Source: Vicugna vicugna
Lineage: Eukaryota
NCBI GenBank assembly: GCA_013265495.1
Contig: MU058781.1
Location: 3,411,050 to 3,475,049, forward strand
DNA: 64,000 nt
Reading direction: 5' to 3'
Below, piece by piece: positions 25,901 through 39,506 of this stretch; positions within the stretch are counted from its first letter, which is position 1, and each line of letters begins with the position of its first letter. The position numbers were made by a program, and so were the translations under genes. The notes below the pieces were generated by a model, which saw nothing but the letters and a program-made list of their open reading frames with translations, ran no database searches and was not told where the DNA came from.

Positions 25901-28531
25901 CCTCCTCCCCAAGACCCCACCCCACATAGAGCCAGATCTCTCTGGGGCTGGGTGGAGTGGGTGTATGTAATTCTAGGCTGCTTCCTGCACCAGCTCGTTC
26001 AATTTTACAACCAGTACAAACAGGACTGTCCTTTGGGGGACTAGAAAAAAGAGAAGGAGCAGATCCTGGACCCAGTCCCCCTTCCCAAAGTTCAGCTCCA
26101 CCCCTGAGTGTGGGCATCCTTTCTGCTCATTCTTTCCCCTGCTTCCCATTTCCCCAGCTTTGCTGCAGCATAAGCAGAGCCCCAGGGTTGTGGGGGAAAT
26201 TGAGAACTTCTCTACAGGTGTACGTGAGAAGCCAGCCCATCTGGCTGCCCAAGGCGGCATCTTCTGTGGAGAGAGAGACAAAGGTGGGAGGTACAGAAAG
26301 CAGACGTGTGCAGCTGGCTGCTCTGCTTGTTCACCGTAGAGCTGTTCTACCTGGAGGAAACTGACAAAGTGAAAAAGGCTATAGTTGTCCCAGAACGTAC
26401 TCCTAAAAAGAGACAGCCCAGTTTCTCGTGCCTGAACCCACACTCACATACGGCCAGCATGAGTGCCCGGCGATGGCAGTGACAAATCCCAGAGGTGGGA
26501 AGAGACATAGACCATCCCTGCCCTGAAAGAACTCTGCATCTGAAGTCTGAGCCTTGTGAATCAACCATTTCCAACCCTTCTTCTAACAACACTTCAGTAC
26601 TGCTTAGGAGTCATGAAATCCATGGAGGTTTCACCATAGCAGACATCTGTACCCACCCCTCGTTCGCCCTGATCAGCAGAAGGAGACACACTGACCAGGC
26701 TGAGAAAGACGGAGGTAGAGAGGGCGGGGTCGGGAACGTACAAGGTACTGAGCTCTGAATCCATTTTGTCTTTGTTCCCTGTTTCAGCTGTGGAGGTTAT
26801 TTCCTCGTGGTATAACCCTTGGCCTCTCTGGCCAGATTACAGGAACTGAGCCTAAAGGAAAGGCCACCAGGCGTGTTCAGCAGACCTGGTGGCTGGGCCC
26901 AGTCCACATCTCAAGGTCCTCCTGGAGGCAAGGAGTTTTAAGGACTGTTCCCTTTAAAATGAAAACCCAGCTTTGTGCTTCCAGCCACTCATTTATCCCG
27001 AAGCCAGGGCAGAATGAAGGGTAAATCTGAGAACCAGAGGGTGACCATGGTAGAGAGAGAACTAATCTGAGGCCAGGAGCCTTGGCCTAAGTAGGCACTT
27101 GCTCTCTGGACCTACATTTCCTAATCCGAGGGGATTAGACGAGATCATCTGATCCCTTTGTGCAAAATGTGAACTTCATTATCCTCAAAAATAACAGAGA
27201 ATGTAGGAATCTGTTTGCATGTCTGAAGCCTCAAGGCTGTGGCATCCTTTGGCTGTTTGAGGTCGTGAGATGTACGGGAAGTCTTTGGAAAATGTGCAGC
27301 CAAGTCTGCATTCCTCATGGACTGAGCAAGATAGGAGACATCATTTTAGCCTGGCAGTTTTAATGACATTAAAGAAAAAATGCATTTCGAGAATAATTCC
27401 AGATTGGGGGTAGGGAACAGAAACATCAAGTAAAATGATGCCAAGTGTTAAGGCAGAGTTCCTACCAAAGAATGCAGAAATACTGTTTTTCCAGAAATGC
27501 TTTCTGACTGATGCTATTGGGCAGACTCTCCTAAACCTCGGTCAAAAGTCATCTGGATGCCTTGATAATTAATAGCTATTTTAGTTGACTGCTATTTGAG
27601 AAGTGCGGGCTGCCCTTGAGACATGGACGTGGTCGGCTGGTTGCACACTGCTCTGCCCACTACGTGCACAGACTCAGGCTGGGTGCAGAGACCCAAGGGG
27701 CCAACAAGATCGTCCTCTGAGGGGGCCGGGGTGAAATTGTAGAACTTCCAGTTGAACTTGCCTCATTTGAGTTGACTGTGTCGGTATTATAATGTACGTG
27801 GTGTAGCCATGCAGTCATGCTTCTATAGAACTTGTAAGTAAAGAAATATGTCAGGGTACGTGCTTAAAAAGTTAAATTGATGGAGTTCTCAAAAAGCTTT
27901 GAGTCCACAGATGTGAGGGTCCCTTCTCAGGGCTAGATGAGCAGGTCTTTCCTCTCCAGTGACCTCCAGTCAGTGGAGATGTAGAGACCTTGGGGCCATC
28001 CCTCGCCCTCCACAGCGCCCCCAGATGCAGGATGCTGCTGCCTGCTCTCTGAGTCTCTTCTCTGGGCCCTTCAACCTGAACCCGAGGAGGTGGTCAGCCT
28101 AACTGTGATCTTAGCTCTCCAGTTCATTTCTAGTTGCCTTCTTTTACTGAGCTTTTCACTCCCCCAAGAAAGTAATATTGAGTCCACAGGACTCCATTTT
28201 ATGTATCAGAAATCCAACTTACTACCTCTTCTCCCGCAAAATCATTGTTTAAAAAATCAGACAAGGAGCCATGCTTCTCAGTGTTCGTAGTGAGTGACCC
28301 CTTGATCAGCCAGGGCACAGTGCCTGCTGGCCCTTCTCCACTTCCCAGCTTGAGGTATTGATGTGTTGAAGAAGTGACCCCCACCCCCACTCCATCCAGA
28401 GGATGGTGCTCGGGACCGTTGGGAATGGGGGTTTTGAGAATTAAAGGGAAGTCTGATGCCTAAAGAAGTAATGCTTTTGCTTCTGAAACATCCTTTAGAA
28501 AGTGAATCGGTCTGTAAGTCACCAAGACTAC

Positions 28532-28909
28532 TTTTTTTTTTTAAATTAAAGAATAGTAGATTTACAAAGTTGCGTTAGTTTTGGGTGTATACAGCAAAGT
28601 GATTCAGTTTTATATATATATATATATATATATATTCTTTTTCAGACTCTTTTTCATTATAAGTAACTACAAGATATTGAATATGGTTCCCTGTGCTATA
28701 CAGTAGGTCCTTGTTGTTTATCTATTTTATATACAGTAGTGTGTGTGTGTTAGTCCCAAACTCCTGATTTATCCCTCCCCTGATCCTCTTTCCCTTTTGG
28801 TAACCACAGTTTGTTTTCTAAGTTTATGAGTCTATTTTTGGTTTGTAAATAAGTTCATTTGTGTCATTTTTCAAAAGATTTCACATATAAGAGATACCGT
28901 ATGATATTT
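28532..28909 (-). mobile_element. L1 3' end (~380 bp) with (TA)n
   Basis: Poly-T, then ttccctgtgctatacagtaggtccttgttg typical of artiodactyl L1 3'UTR. Short TSD aagacta at 28524-28530 / 28910-28916. Confidence 0.85.
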
Positions 28910-29547
28910 AAGACTATTTATTTTAATAGGAAGAAGCTAAGACTCAAACATGATCTGGTCATGGTCACTCAACAGTCAGTGTGTAGAGGCTTCCTCTTGG
29001 GAACAGCCTGCTTTTCAGACCCAACTGGCCCAGTCCTCTCCAACTGAGATTTCTCCCTCTATTTCCTCCAGTACCCTCTGTAATATTCGGATCAGTCAGG
29101 AGGGCAAAAAACCTGGGAAGAAAAGTAAAATGGGAGGGGCTTTGCAGTTTATGTAGGAGTATATAACCTAAATTAAGCTTGGGAATAAAGGAGGAATTGG
29201 GCAGTCTGCCTCCTTGACACACTTGTGCCCCTAAAATACCTCTTCACCCTTAAAATATCACCCTCCCACCCACGGGTGAACTGTCATCATCTTAGTCGAA
29301 GTTATGGTTGACCAGAATTTTTTCAGCACCCCTGTGAGCTGGAGCAGGCATAGCCCCTTCTGAAAATTGGAAACATCCAATGAGGAAGCTCTTGGAAGCT
29401 TTTGGAAGGCTTGCTTGGTTTTGGAAAGGATGTTGCTCCTCGTGATGTCCTTTTCCTAGACTGGACATAGTTGGCGATTGAGGCCACTCCCCTCTGACTC
29501 CTCCCAGGGGTCAGAGGGTACTGACTTAATTTCAGCTACTCGGAGGA

Positions 29548-30018
29548 TCCATTTTCTAGGGCTTCTGTAACAAAGTGCCACGTGCTGAATGGCTCACACA
29601 ACAAAAATTTATGGTCTCACCGTTTTGGAGCCTGGAAGTCTAAAGTCAAGGTGTCGGCTGGGTTGGTTCCATCCAAGGGCCACGGGGGATAGTCCGTTCC
29701 AGGCCTTTCCCCTGGCTTCTGGTGGTTTGCTAAGTCTTTGGTGTTCCCTGGCTTGTGTGCATCTCTGCCCTCATCTTCACTTCCCCCCAGTGTGTGTGTG
29801 TGTGTGTCTGTGTGTGTCTGTGTGTCTGTGTGTGTCTGTGTCCAAATTTCTCCTTTTTTGTAGGGAAATCAATCATCTTAGATTAAGGCCCAACCATCCA
29901 TCACCTTGTTTTAACTTGATTACCTCTATAGAGAGCCTGTCTCCAAATAAGGTCACACTCTGGGGTACCGAGGACTTCTGCATAGGTATTTTGGGGAGGC
30001 ACAACTCAGTCCATAACG
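29548..30018. mobile_element. MLT1 (ERVL-MaLR) solo LTR with internal (TG)n/(TGTGTC)n
   Basis: ttttctagggcttctgtaacaaagtgccac...ggaagtctaaagtcaaggtgtcggc...tctccaaataaggtcacactc...cacaactcagtccataac. Confidence 0.85.
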
Positions 30019-32416
30019 TTTGGAGAAGCATAAAGTGCGTCTACCTGGAAGAGGAGCCACAAACTCAGTTGTGTGTCCAGGGCCAGACAAACACTGAACA
30101 TAGGCAGTCAGGCCGTTCTAACACTGTTAACAGGGAGTGTGGGGAGCTAGCATGAGATGGAAAGTCCATCCTTTATCCAAAGGGGTCATCGCTCTTCAGC
30201 TGAAGCCCCCTTGGTTTTGGAGAAATGAAGGACCCATTTGTCAGATCTTATGAAAAAGATATGGATGTTTTAAGTGAAAATCCCAAATTTTTTAAAACAT
30301 AGTAAAGACCAAGCATAGTATACTTATGAATTAAATTCAGCCCAAGAATCGTGTCTCAGCCTGGCCTCCCTGGATTTAATCTCTGGCTTGGAAGCCATAG
30401 CTTTTCCCTGTCTGCAGTGTCCTAAATCCTGTGGTGTGCACTACACAGTTTGATGACATAAGGTAGAGCCCTTCTGTGTGTGATAAATGTACCTGTGAGA
30501 GTGTGCATGTATTTCTGTGTAGCAGTTTGGAATGAACACCTTATAGGATGTAAATTAACTTGAATGTGGTTATGTGGATTATTTGTTAATATACTGTATT
30601 CCAGAAAGGACTTTTGATCCAGCTCTGTTTTAGGAATTTAGTCAGGTGATTTTTCAGAATGTCTGTCAGTGACTTTGGAAAATTTATGAAGTTGAATGAA
30701 GAAATCGGTTGAAATAGCTGTAACCACTTTCTTTTCCTTAATGCTAATGAGTCTGGAAATCGGAAGGATTTAAGGTTGAAACACTGGTCATTGTGGATAG
30801 TTTGAATCTATACGTACAGCATGAGATCCAGCACCAAGCCTCATGTGGCGGATTAGGTGTAGGAGCCGCCTTTGAAACTTACCACAATTCCCCCTCTTCT
30901 CTCCTCATCTGTACTGCTCACGCCGTCACTTCAAAAGCTGTTGTCTTTGCGGTGGCCGGAGGGTGGGGAATGAGATAGGGAGGTGGAAAAATGATAACCT
31001 GATCATTCCCATGAAACCTAATATGTTATTCTCTCTTACTTAGAATTTAACAATATGCTAGAAAGGAAGAGTATTCTAAATCTGTATTTGACGCTCCTAA
31101 GCAGTTCACACTTCACACTATAGGCAGACTATAAAATGATGTGTATAAAGGATTATGTGCTACTTTAAATCATAACACAATGTTCAGGGGAGAAACTTGA
31201 AATCCATTTTTTATGCTTATAGCACAGGCAATAAAATGCAGTCATCCTGACTTCTAACTGTAGCTGGCATCCTGTGTGTGGTTTGGGAAAATCAGTGTTA
31301 AGAGTCTTGACACACTAGAGCCTAGTTCCAAGGTGGCAAATAGTCTCTCTCCCAAAATCTAAGAGCTGATGCTAAGGGTGAGCTGGCATCTCCCCAGGCG
31401 AGGTAATTTCTTCCACTGCAAAGCGCTTACTAAAAATAGGAATAGCAATCAAAGGTTTTATGAATTCAATTCACCTTTGGCTGATTGAGTATGCTCTGGA
31501 CATGCGTCCCTGTGAATCGCTTGAAAGACAAAAGGGAGGAAAATAGACTCAAATGAAGTTTTGGAGAAGCTTCCTTGCACACCTGGCTTTTGCAGCCTTG
31601 CAGCATCATCAGCGTTCTCATTGCCGCTTCCACCGTGATGGAGCGTGAGTGGAGCACGGCTCAGAGGGGACCAGAGAGGAGCAGGAAAAGGGCGCTGTAT
31701 CCACTCATCTTCATGTCCACAAAGCCTAGGTGGGACTAGCTCAGGTCGGTGGGCTTTTTCTGTGGAGTTTGAGCCCTCCCACAAACAAAACTGACATTGA
31801 AGACCAGTCACTTACCAAGCTGAAACTGAGTGATTGGAACAAGCTAAATCAGGGTGGAATATGATGGGAACAGAGTTATTGAATCCCTTGGCATCTGTAT
31901 AACAGACAGGTGGAATCCTCTAGCAGCTCAGCTGCTTTCAGACCATTTGACGTCTCCCATTAACTCAGTGCACAAAATAGAAAGTCCTCTGTAAACGCCC
32001 TTCAGAAATGCTGACATCTTCTGAAAGGTGCCGAGTTGAGTCAAGGTACGGCACTGCCTGCCTGATAGAAAGTTAAGGGCAGCTGCACATTTGTTTTGTT
32101 TAATGAGAGATATGAAAGCAGTCCCGATAAGATTTGAGGGAGGCATATGGAGAGGAGGTGGAGTAAAACTTGAAAAGCACATGCGTAGAGGTGGTGGTAT
32201 TGAGGCACGAGCCACACCCATCACAGGTGTTACCGACTCGGGTCCTTGGACTCTTTCATGAACAGAAATTGATAAGAGGTCGGATAAATTCAGACAAGGC
32301 GTTTTTCTCCTTTTTTTTCTTTTCTTTTCTTTTTTTTTTTCCTTGCTTTTTTTTCCCCCTAAATTTACTTGTACTGCAGCATGAGGGAACGAACACAAGT
32401 AACAGGTGCCAAACGT

Positions 32417-32464
32417 GGGCGGGCTGCTTCCTTAAATGGAGGGCAGGCTGCTTCCTTAAATGGA
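32417..32464. repeat. 24-bp tandem duplication, each unit containing CArG box CCTTAAATGG
   Basis: gggcgggctgcttccttaaatgga / gggcaggctgcttccttaaatgga. Confidence 0.95.
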
Positions 32465-32894
32465 ATGTGAGGGTTGGAATGTGAGGGTCCGGTGGGTGAG
32501 TGGATGGGCAGGAGGCGTAGTCTAGGTGGTCTGCCACCCTCTTCGAGGTGCCGTGTGCAGGGATCACGCACAGTCCCCTGCTTTTGCTCCCAGCATCTCA
32601 GAAATGGCGGTTGATTTGTGGCCTTCTTGTAGCTTATTGTTCGTATTTGCCTCAACTGCGCATGGGTACGGTGATTTTTAGTCCCTTATAGTTTTCTTTC
32701 TATTCTGTTGCTGGAAGAGACGTCTGTCCAGGTGCAAGTGTGAGCAGTCTAGTGGAGGGTCCCAGGTCCTAGCCTGTCCCACAGGGACCCACAGCCATTG
32801 AACTTGTCTCAGAACCTTGCAGAGGTGTCTACAGCCTCTTGCCCTCTCAGCCCAGCCTCCAGCTGTTAAGAGAGCAGTAAGGATTGAGTTTTTG

Positions 32895-32960
32895 GATTAT
32901 GCTGTGCGTCAGAAATTGACACATTGTAACTGACTATACTCCAGTTAAAAAAATAAAAAA
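32895..32960 (+). mobile_element. Extremely truncated L1 3' tip with A tail
   Basis: cagaaattgacacattgtaactgactatactccagttaaaaaaataaaaaa, the same 3' terminus as the 10165 element. Confidence 0.75.
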
Positions 32961-34177
32961 GAGGGATTGCGGTCTTGACATCCTGTTGCCAAGACAGAGT
33001 TCTGACCCTGACTCTGTCTTGTGTGTCGAGTCACAATTTGCAGGCCCCACAATGGATGTTGAGGAACAAAGCCACATCTTGTCAGGCCCTCCCAGAGCTC
33101 TGCGTCTGTGCCTTGCAGCTGCCCCAGCTGCCTGTGCATTTTTCAATGATAGAGTAAGAGTGAGGGACAAAGGAGCTGCTTTTTACCCAGCAGGAACAGA
33201 ATCGATCTCAGTGTTTAAAACTTGCAAAGGTTTAAAAAGAAAAAAAGTAGCCATCATTATGGGATAGGGAGTCATTTTTTTAATAAGCTGTTTTAAATGG
33301 CTGATTATTCCAGCAGCATCTCAGACTTGGGGCCCAGGGGCAGGAAGGGTACCGCTGTATTCAGCTACGGACTAAGCGGAGAATGGGCGAGTCCTCTAGG
33401 CTGCTGTTTGGCCCCATGCTTAGAGGTTCCTCTTAGCCGGGAAGCGTTTGGTGAGGGATGCCCTTTTAGTGTTCCAGGGATTTTCTCCTGATCGTTATTG
33501 GGGTCGTCTGCACTGGTGATTCTTGTTTGCTGTTCATCTTAGCAGGTGCGGAAAGAATGGTCCTGTTTCTCAGAATACTTGGCTAAGAAAGAGATCTGTC
33601 TTTGGAGACAACCACTCAGGATGACTGTCCCTGGCATGCCATTGTCAGAGACTTCAGAGCACTTTGCTGATGATAAAAACACTCTCCCAGCAGCACCTCC
33701 TCTGATAGTCTTCACCACAACCCTGCCTGTGGCTGCAATTGGGGATCCCTTCTCATAGGTGAGGAAACTGAGCTCTGAACTTTAGGGGCGACAAGTGGCA
33801 AAGAGAAGCACATCTTCCAAATCCAAGGCTTTCCCATTGCAAGCAGACATGCTGAGAGCAGTGTTTAGTGTGTTGTAGTTTTTATGTTGAACAGCATCTC
33901 CCTCCCAGGTGCCTGTGGTTGGGTGGGGATTGTGTGGGATGGTGGCGTTCTGGATCAGTGGCTCAGGCTTATATGTGCAGATGTGCTCAAGGGAGAGATA
34001 AGTCTTGTAAGGAAGAGAAAAATAGAAGATTTTCTTCCATCTTGGACTTAACTGGGTTTTTTCTTGCATTTCAGTAACACTGTGCACAGTAAGTAGGAAG
34101 ATCTGAAACACTTGACAATGTGGTTTGGTTCTCAAGACACTGGTACCTGATGCAGGGCAAGAAACAAGGTGGTCCAG

Positions 34178-34352
34178 TGGAGTGGTTCCAACAGTGTGGT
34201 CCCGGGGTCACTGGCATCAGCATCACTTGAAACTTATTAAAATGGAGCTTTTCAGGCCCCAGACTCTGAATCAGAAATTCTGAGGATGGGACCCAGAAAT
34301 CTGCATTTTAACGAGCATGATTCTGATGCACACTGACTTTGAGAAGCAGTGG
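34178..34352. mobile_element. MER5A
   Basis: agtggttc...gtgtggtccc...gcatcagcatcac...ctgaatcagaaattctgaggatgggacccagaaatctgcattttaac...tttgagaagcagtg. Confidence 0.8.
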
Positions 34353-34565
34353 TCTGGTAGGGAAGACAATCGAAGACTGTGAAGCTGGGCCTTGGATGAA
34401 AGCTCCATCCACCACTGACTAGCTGGGCTCCCGCGAGCCTTAGTTTCCCCACCTGTAACATGGACCTCCCACTCAGGTCCTCAAGAGCACTGAGTGAGTC
34501 GTAGATAATGAACCCTAGTTCTTTCCCTCTCGTGGTGAATTTGAATGCTGTGTTATGCTAGACTC

Positions 34566-34890
34566 TTATTAGTCAGAACAGTAATGCTAGTTGCCCTAAC
34601 AGGCAAATTCTGAATCCCAATGGCTTAAGACATTAGAAGTGTATGTTTCACTGGAATAAAGCCTACCATGGATCAGATGACCTCTATCCATTCGTATCTA
34701 TTATTAGTTCTAGAACCCATGGCTCCAGCATCTCCATAGCCAGGGATGGAGTCCAGGAGATAAACACATCACTTCTGCTCACAATTCACTGACCAAAACT
34801 AGGCTCATGATCCCAATCCAGCCGCAGGGGAGGCTGGACAAGGTAGAGGAGCACTTGGAGTATTTGATAAGCACAAAGTGTCTTTGCAAC
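34566..34890. mobile_element. Old MLT1-type LTR remnant
   Basis: ttagtcag...gctagttgccctaacag...aatggcttaa...catcacttctgctcacaattcactgaccaaaactag...gcaggggaggctgg. Confidence 0.6.
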
Positions 34891-35002
34891 AATTCCACTG
34901 AGGCAACGTTTGTCTTGGGTGGTCTTTATTTGTTGGGTGTTCTGGGCATGGATCTGGGCCATCACATCTGAAAAAGACTTGACTAAGAGATTTTTCAGAG
35001 AT

Positions 35003-35822
35003 TGTGGTAATCACATACAATGGACTAGTACTCAGCCTGAAATAGGAAAGAAATTCTGTCATTTGTGACAACATGGATGAACTTGGAGGACACTATGCTA
35101 AGTGCAATAAACCAGACATAGATACTGCATGAACTCACTTATATGTTGCAACTTTGGAAAACAGTCAAACTCATAACAAATAGAATGGTGATTACCAGAG
35201 ACTGGGGGTTGGAGGGGGAAAGGGAGCTATTGCCCAAAGGGTACAAACTTTCAGTTATAAGTTGAGTAGTTTCTGGAGAGATAATGAACAGCATGGTGAC
35301 TGTAGTTAATATACAGTTGACCCTTGAACCACACAGGTGTTTGAGTGCCACCCCTTCCCCAGAACAACTGAAAATCCATGTATAACTTGATTTCCCAAAA
35401 CTCTTTAACTACAGATAGCCTACTGTTGACCAGGAAGCCTTATAGATAACAGTCAGTTAACATGCTTTGTATGTTACATGTATATCTACATATATTCTAT
35501 GCATTTATGACATACTTAACTTTTTCTAGTATTTCTAGGCTATATGGTTTGCCTGTAGGTTTTTTCAAATTGTCAAAAATCTCCAAAAAAAATCTATGCA
35601 CAGGTAGGTCAACCCTGTGTTGTTCAAGAGTCAACTGTAATTTACATACTTGAAATTTTTTGAGAGTAGCTGCCAAGTGTTCCATATGCAAGAAGACAGT
35701 AACTTACTGGGAGGTGATGGATACGTTAACTGATTGTGGTCATTTATTTCACAGTGTAGACGTGTATGAGAACATCCCATTCTACACCTTAAATATATAC
35801 AATTTTCATTTGTCAAAAATAA
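35003..35822 (+). mobile_element. L1M 3' region interrupted by a Tigger2-type element
   Basis: gaaattctgtcatttgtgacaacatggatgaacttggagg...ggtacaaactttcagttataag...ggaggtgatggatacgttaac...tacaccttaaatatatacaatttt. Confidence 0.85.
35314..35637. mobile_element. Tigger2-family (TcMar) non-autonomous DNA transposon
   Basis: TIRs cagttgacccttgaaccacacagg / cctgtgttgttcaagagtcaactg, with a TA TSD on both sides. Confidence 0.9.
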
Positions 35823-38800
35823 GAGTAAATGAAAGTATTATACAGTTGGCTGAAGGAAGGAGGCAGCCAGTTGGCAGTTGGAATACGGACTTGCAGTTAA
35901 TCCGAGGGGAGCAGATCATGTGGAGAAGCTGTGAGGGTCTGTGTTGCGGCCAGGATCACTGTGTGCCTGTGATCTGCATCAGTGAGGTCCAGTTCAGTAA
36001 CGCAACTCAAGGAGATCAGGATAATCCCAACCAGAGAAAAATGAGACCCCAAATAAACATTACTTCCGTTTAAAGGAAAAACTGGCTGAAGTACAACTGG
36101 GAGGTCCCCAAAAGGAACAGTGGACCTGGAGCAGCACGAGTTTGTTTTCTGTGGGCTTAAGGTTACCTTTTCAGGGAAACAGGTTACTAAGGGAGACCGT
36201 GGAACCTCAACAAATTGGTTCTGTAGGCATCCTGTTGGAATTGATGGTGCACTGCACTGTACTAGGTGTCATTTAAAAGGCAGCTGGATAATCGTCCCTC
36301 AGAGAAGTTTAAAGTGGTCAGGGTAACTCATCGTTCTCTGCTTTAGCCTGGGAAAGAGATGCTGATGGCAGGGTCTGTGGGGAAGGTGTGGGTCCTTGTG
36401 GAGCACAGGCTTTCATTGGTGGGATGTATTTTAGACTAGTTCTCTTTCCATTTTTTTTTTCCTTTAAAAATGTTTCCAAAAGAAAGGGGGTGGGACGGGG
36501 TTCTGGATAATTTAAACACTGAATAATCTGAACACTTACACGTTAGTAGGAACATCAACACTAGTTGTCAGACCACTTTTCTTGCAATACGTTCTTTTTC
36601 TTTCCTACAATCTTTCGATCTCTTTATGAGATGAAAGTCATAAGAATGTCAGTGCTATCATCCTCCTGTCCATGAAAGGAGCTCTCAAAGCTATTGGTGA
36701 ATTCACTGGGAAGCAATGAATAAACTGAGTTAAATCATCTTATGAAGCATCCAAAGTATCTGTCAAACTTTAGTTGAAAGATAATTCTATCTCATGGAAC
36801 ACTACCTCAAAATCTGGTTTAGTGCTTTCAGATTGGCTTATTTGGAGAGATTTTTTTTCCACAATGGGCTTTGTACCTATTCCATGGGGAGTCTGTTTGT
36901 GAGTTTTCCCGTGTCCTTCACAATTGCATCTTCTGGATGGGAAGAAGCATAGCATTAGAGCACTTCAGAGCTCCGACAGGCACTCACTGTCATCACCTCT
37001 CACATCCTTAATTTTTCAAATAAGGAAACTGAGGCCACAAGAGATTAACTTGCTAGCCAAGTTCACATAGTTTTCTGGCTACACTGGGATTTGAAACCAA
37101 GTCCTCTGACACCAGCCAGTGCTAAAAATTAATATCCCTGAAAAAAGGGGAGCAGTGCATTCACCTCTCGCTGGAAGAAACAGGCCAGTTAATCTGTTAC
37201 AAAGTATACCAAGTCACAGATCGTCACTGATTCTCTCAATTCATGTCTGAAAGAAAAACAAATGACTCAAAGCAAAAGTTTTGAATTAAATCTTGAGGAA
37301 GCATTTTCAGAAATCAGAAGGCCCGTGAATAAGGAATCCTTGGATTCTCTCATAGGTGAGTTCTTTCACGGGCACTGTTTCCTCCTCAGTCCCACTCACT
37401 TAGCTGAAAGAACATTTAAATCAAGTGCCTGAGTGAGAGACGTTTCTCCATCTTAATAGTTCAACACAGCTGAGAAAGTCTCGTTAATAATTCTGAAGAC
37501 TGAGCAGATACTTTAGAAGATTCTTTGGCTGGTGCCTTCGTTTGGAGTTGGGACTATTCTCGTGATTCTGTCATTCACATGATCAGTGAAGCTCTGATCA
37601 TTTATCCTTAAGATTTCTTTGTTCTCCGTTTCAGTGGTGAAGTTGGCATTTCTCGTTTGCAGAATAATTTCCATGGTATGTAATGCTCTTTCTTCCTCAT
37701 CCGCCAGCGTGGCTGCAGGTTTGATTGCACGTGCTTTTTCTGTAGCTCGCCTGCAGAGCTGCACACAGTCCTGCACATTAACATACGGAGCTGGGTTACA
37801 ACGGAGACGTTCGCGGTACAGTTGTTTTTCATGGGTCCCCGCACATCTTTGTTTACTGGCCAAAAAAGAAAAACCCCAACTCTCGTGCAAAATGCTAATA
37901 AGAGAAATTCATTTTATTTATCGTCATTATATTCATTTCTTGGTTTAGAATGCAAAGATTTTCATTATAGCCTTGAAAGTTGCATATATGCTAGCTAGTA
38001 ATTTTTTAACAGAATATAAACTGGAAAAATCATCCAAAGGTACAAACCCTGGAAAATCGCATTTCCCTCTGATTCCAAAGGCAGTTCTTTTGAAATAGAA
38101 GTGAATACGCTTCTATTTTAGGAAATGTGATCATGAAAATTTTATGTTCTGTGCCCACTGAACCATTAAAACAATAGTTCTTCAAAACGGGCAGCCTCAT
38201 TAGTGCCTTTGGGGGAAAAAAAACAGGCAGACAGATAAATACTGGAAGCTGACAGGTAATCAGCGTGTTGAAAGGAATTTTACCCACAGTGAATCCAACC
38301 CTCCTTTGACTGTTACGATGTTCCTTGTTTTGCTCATCTTGTAACTAACAGGCTCCATCTTGAAAGACGCTAGGACAGGTCATTGCATTGCATCTTCCCA
38401 TGTGTTAAAATGAGACTGGGCAGGGGCTGCCATCCCCAGATTTGTTCGAACCAACAGGTCTGCCATCTTGCATGTTTCTCCCCAAGAAGCTGGTCAATGT
38501 CCTGTCCAAGGGAAGCCCTTAGCACGCCCTCCTTAAGTGACTTGGCACTTCCTTTGGGTTCATGGAAGCTGAGAAAGGTTGGGGGCGCCTTCTGCCTGGT
38601 GCCTGCCCAGTCAGCGCGGCACGTGCTCTGAGCACTTCCCCCGCCTGACCCGGCTCTTGCTCCATCTCACTTCTCCATCATGTTGCCCGCTCTCTTCACA
38701 GCCCTTAATGCAATGTGACCATCTGGGGCCACAGCCTGTGAAATCTGATTCTCACCCCACAGCCAACAAACAGTACCACTGGCTAATGCTCAGGCCATTT

Positions 38801-39506
38801 CCCATGAAGGAGCTATAAATTAATATAACTTTGTCCAGGCAAAAATAAAATCAGCTTATCCACTTAAAAAAAAATGCCTACCTATAATGTCATGTTTAGA
38901 CTACCTAAGAAATTAGCTTAAATCTGTCATGAATTTATTTGTTATGTAATGTGTTTCCTAAATGACTAATAATAGAATACTGACATATGTAAAAATATAT
39001 GGGACATTTTCTTGAACATTAAAACTCTTCATTTCTGTAAGTTTTCAAACTGCCTCTTGGACAGGTAAACGGGGTTTAGGGGTAAATTCTGATCTGCTTC
39101 ACGTGCATAACAGTATCCTCAGGTTGAGTTAATGACAAAGCCCTAAGGCCGTGGACCCTAGTAGAGGAAATAAGTCATCACTGTAAAGCCAATGAAGAGA
39201 TGAGGCAATAAATCATATTAAGGGAAGCGTGCTTTTAAGGAACGCATAGCTGCAGCTGTGATCCAACTGCAGGCCCACCGAAAATGCCATCCTCGTGTGG
39301 GCTAAAGCCTGAGCACGGGGCCGGAAGCCAGAAGCCACAGCGGAGGATGAGAACTCAGTGCAGGGACGGGGGGCATAAGAAAAACACTCAGCAGTTACCC
39401 AAACGGTGCGCAGAAGAGCCAGTGCACGAGAGACAGGACGTCTTCCAGATGGAAGATGGGGCAGAGCAGCTGTGACAGAGCCCAGGGGCCCCCCAAACCT
39501 GAAGTA

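Noticed and set aside
29589..30155. 188-aa ORF
   Set aside because: Lies largely within an MLT1 LTR and its (TG)n tract.
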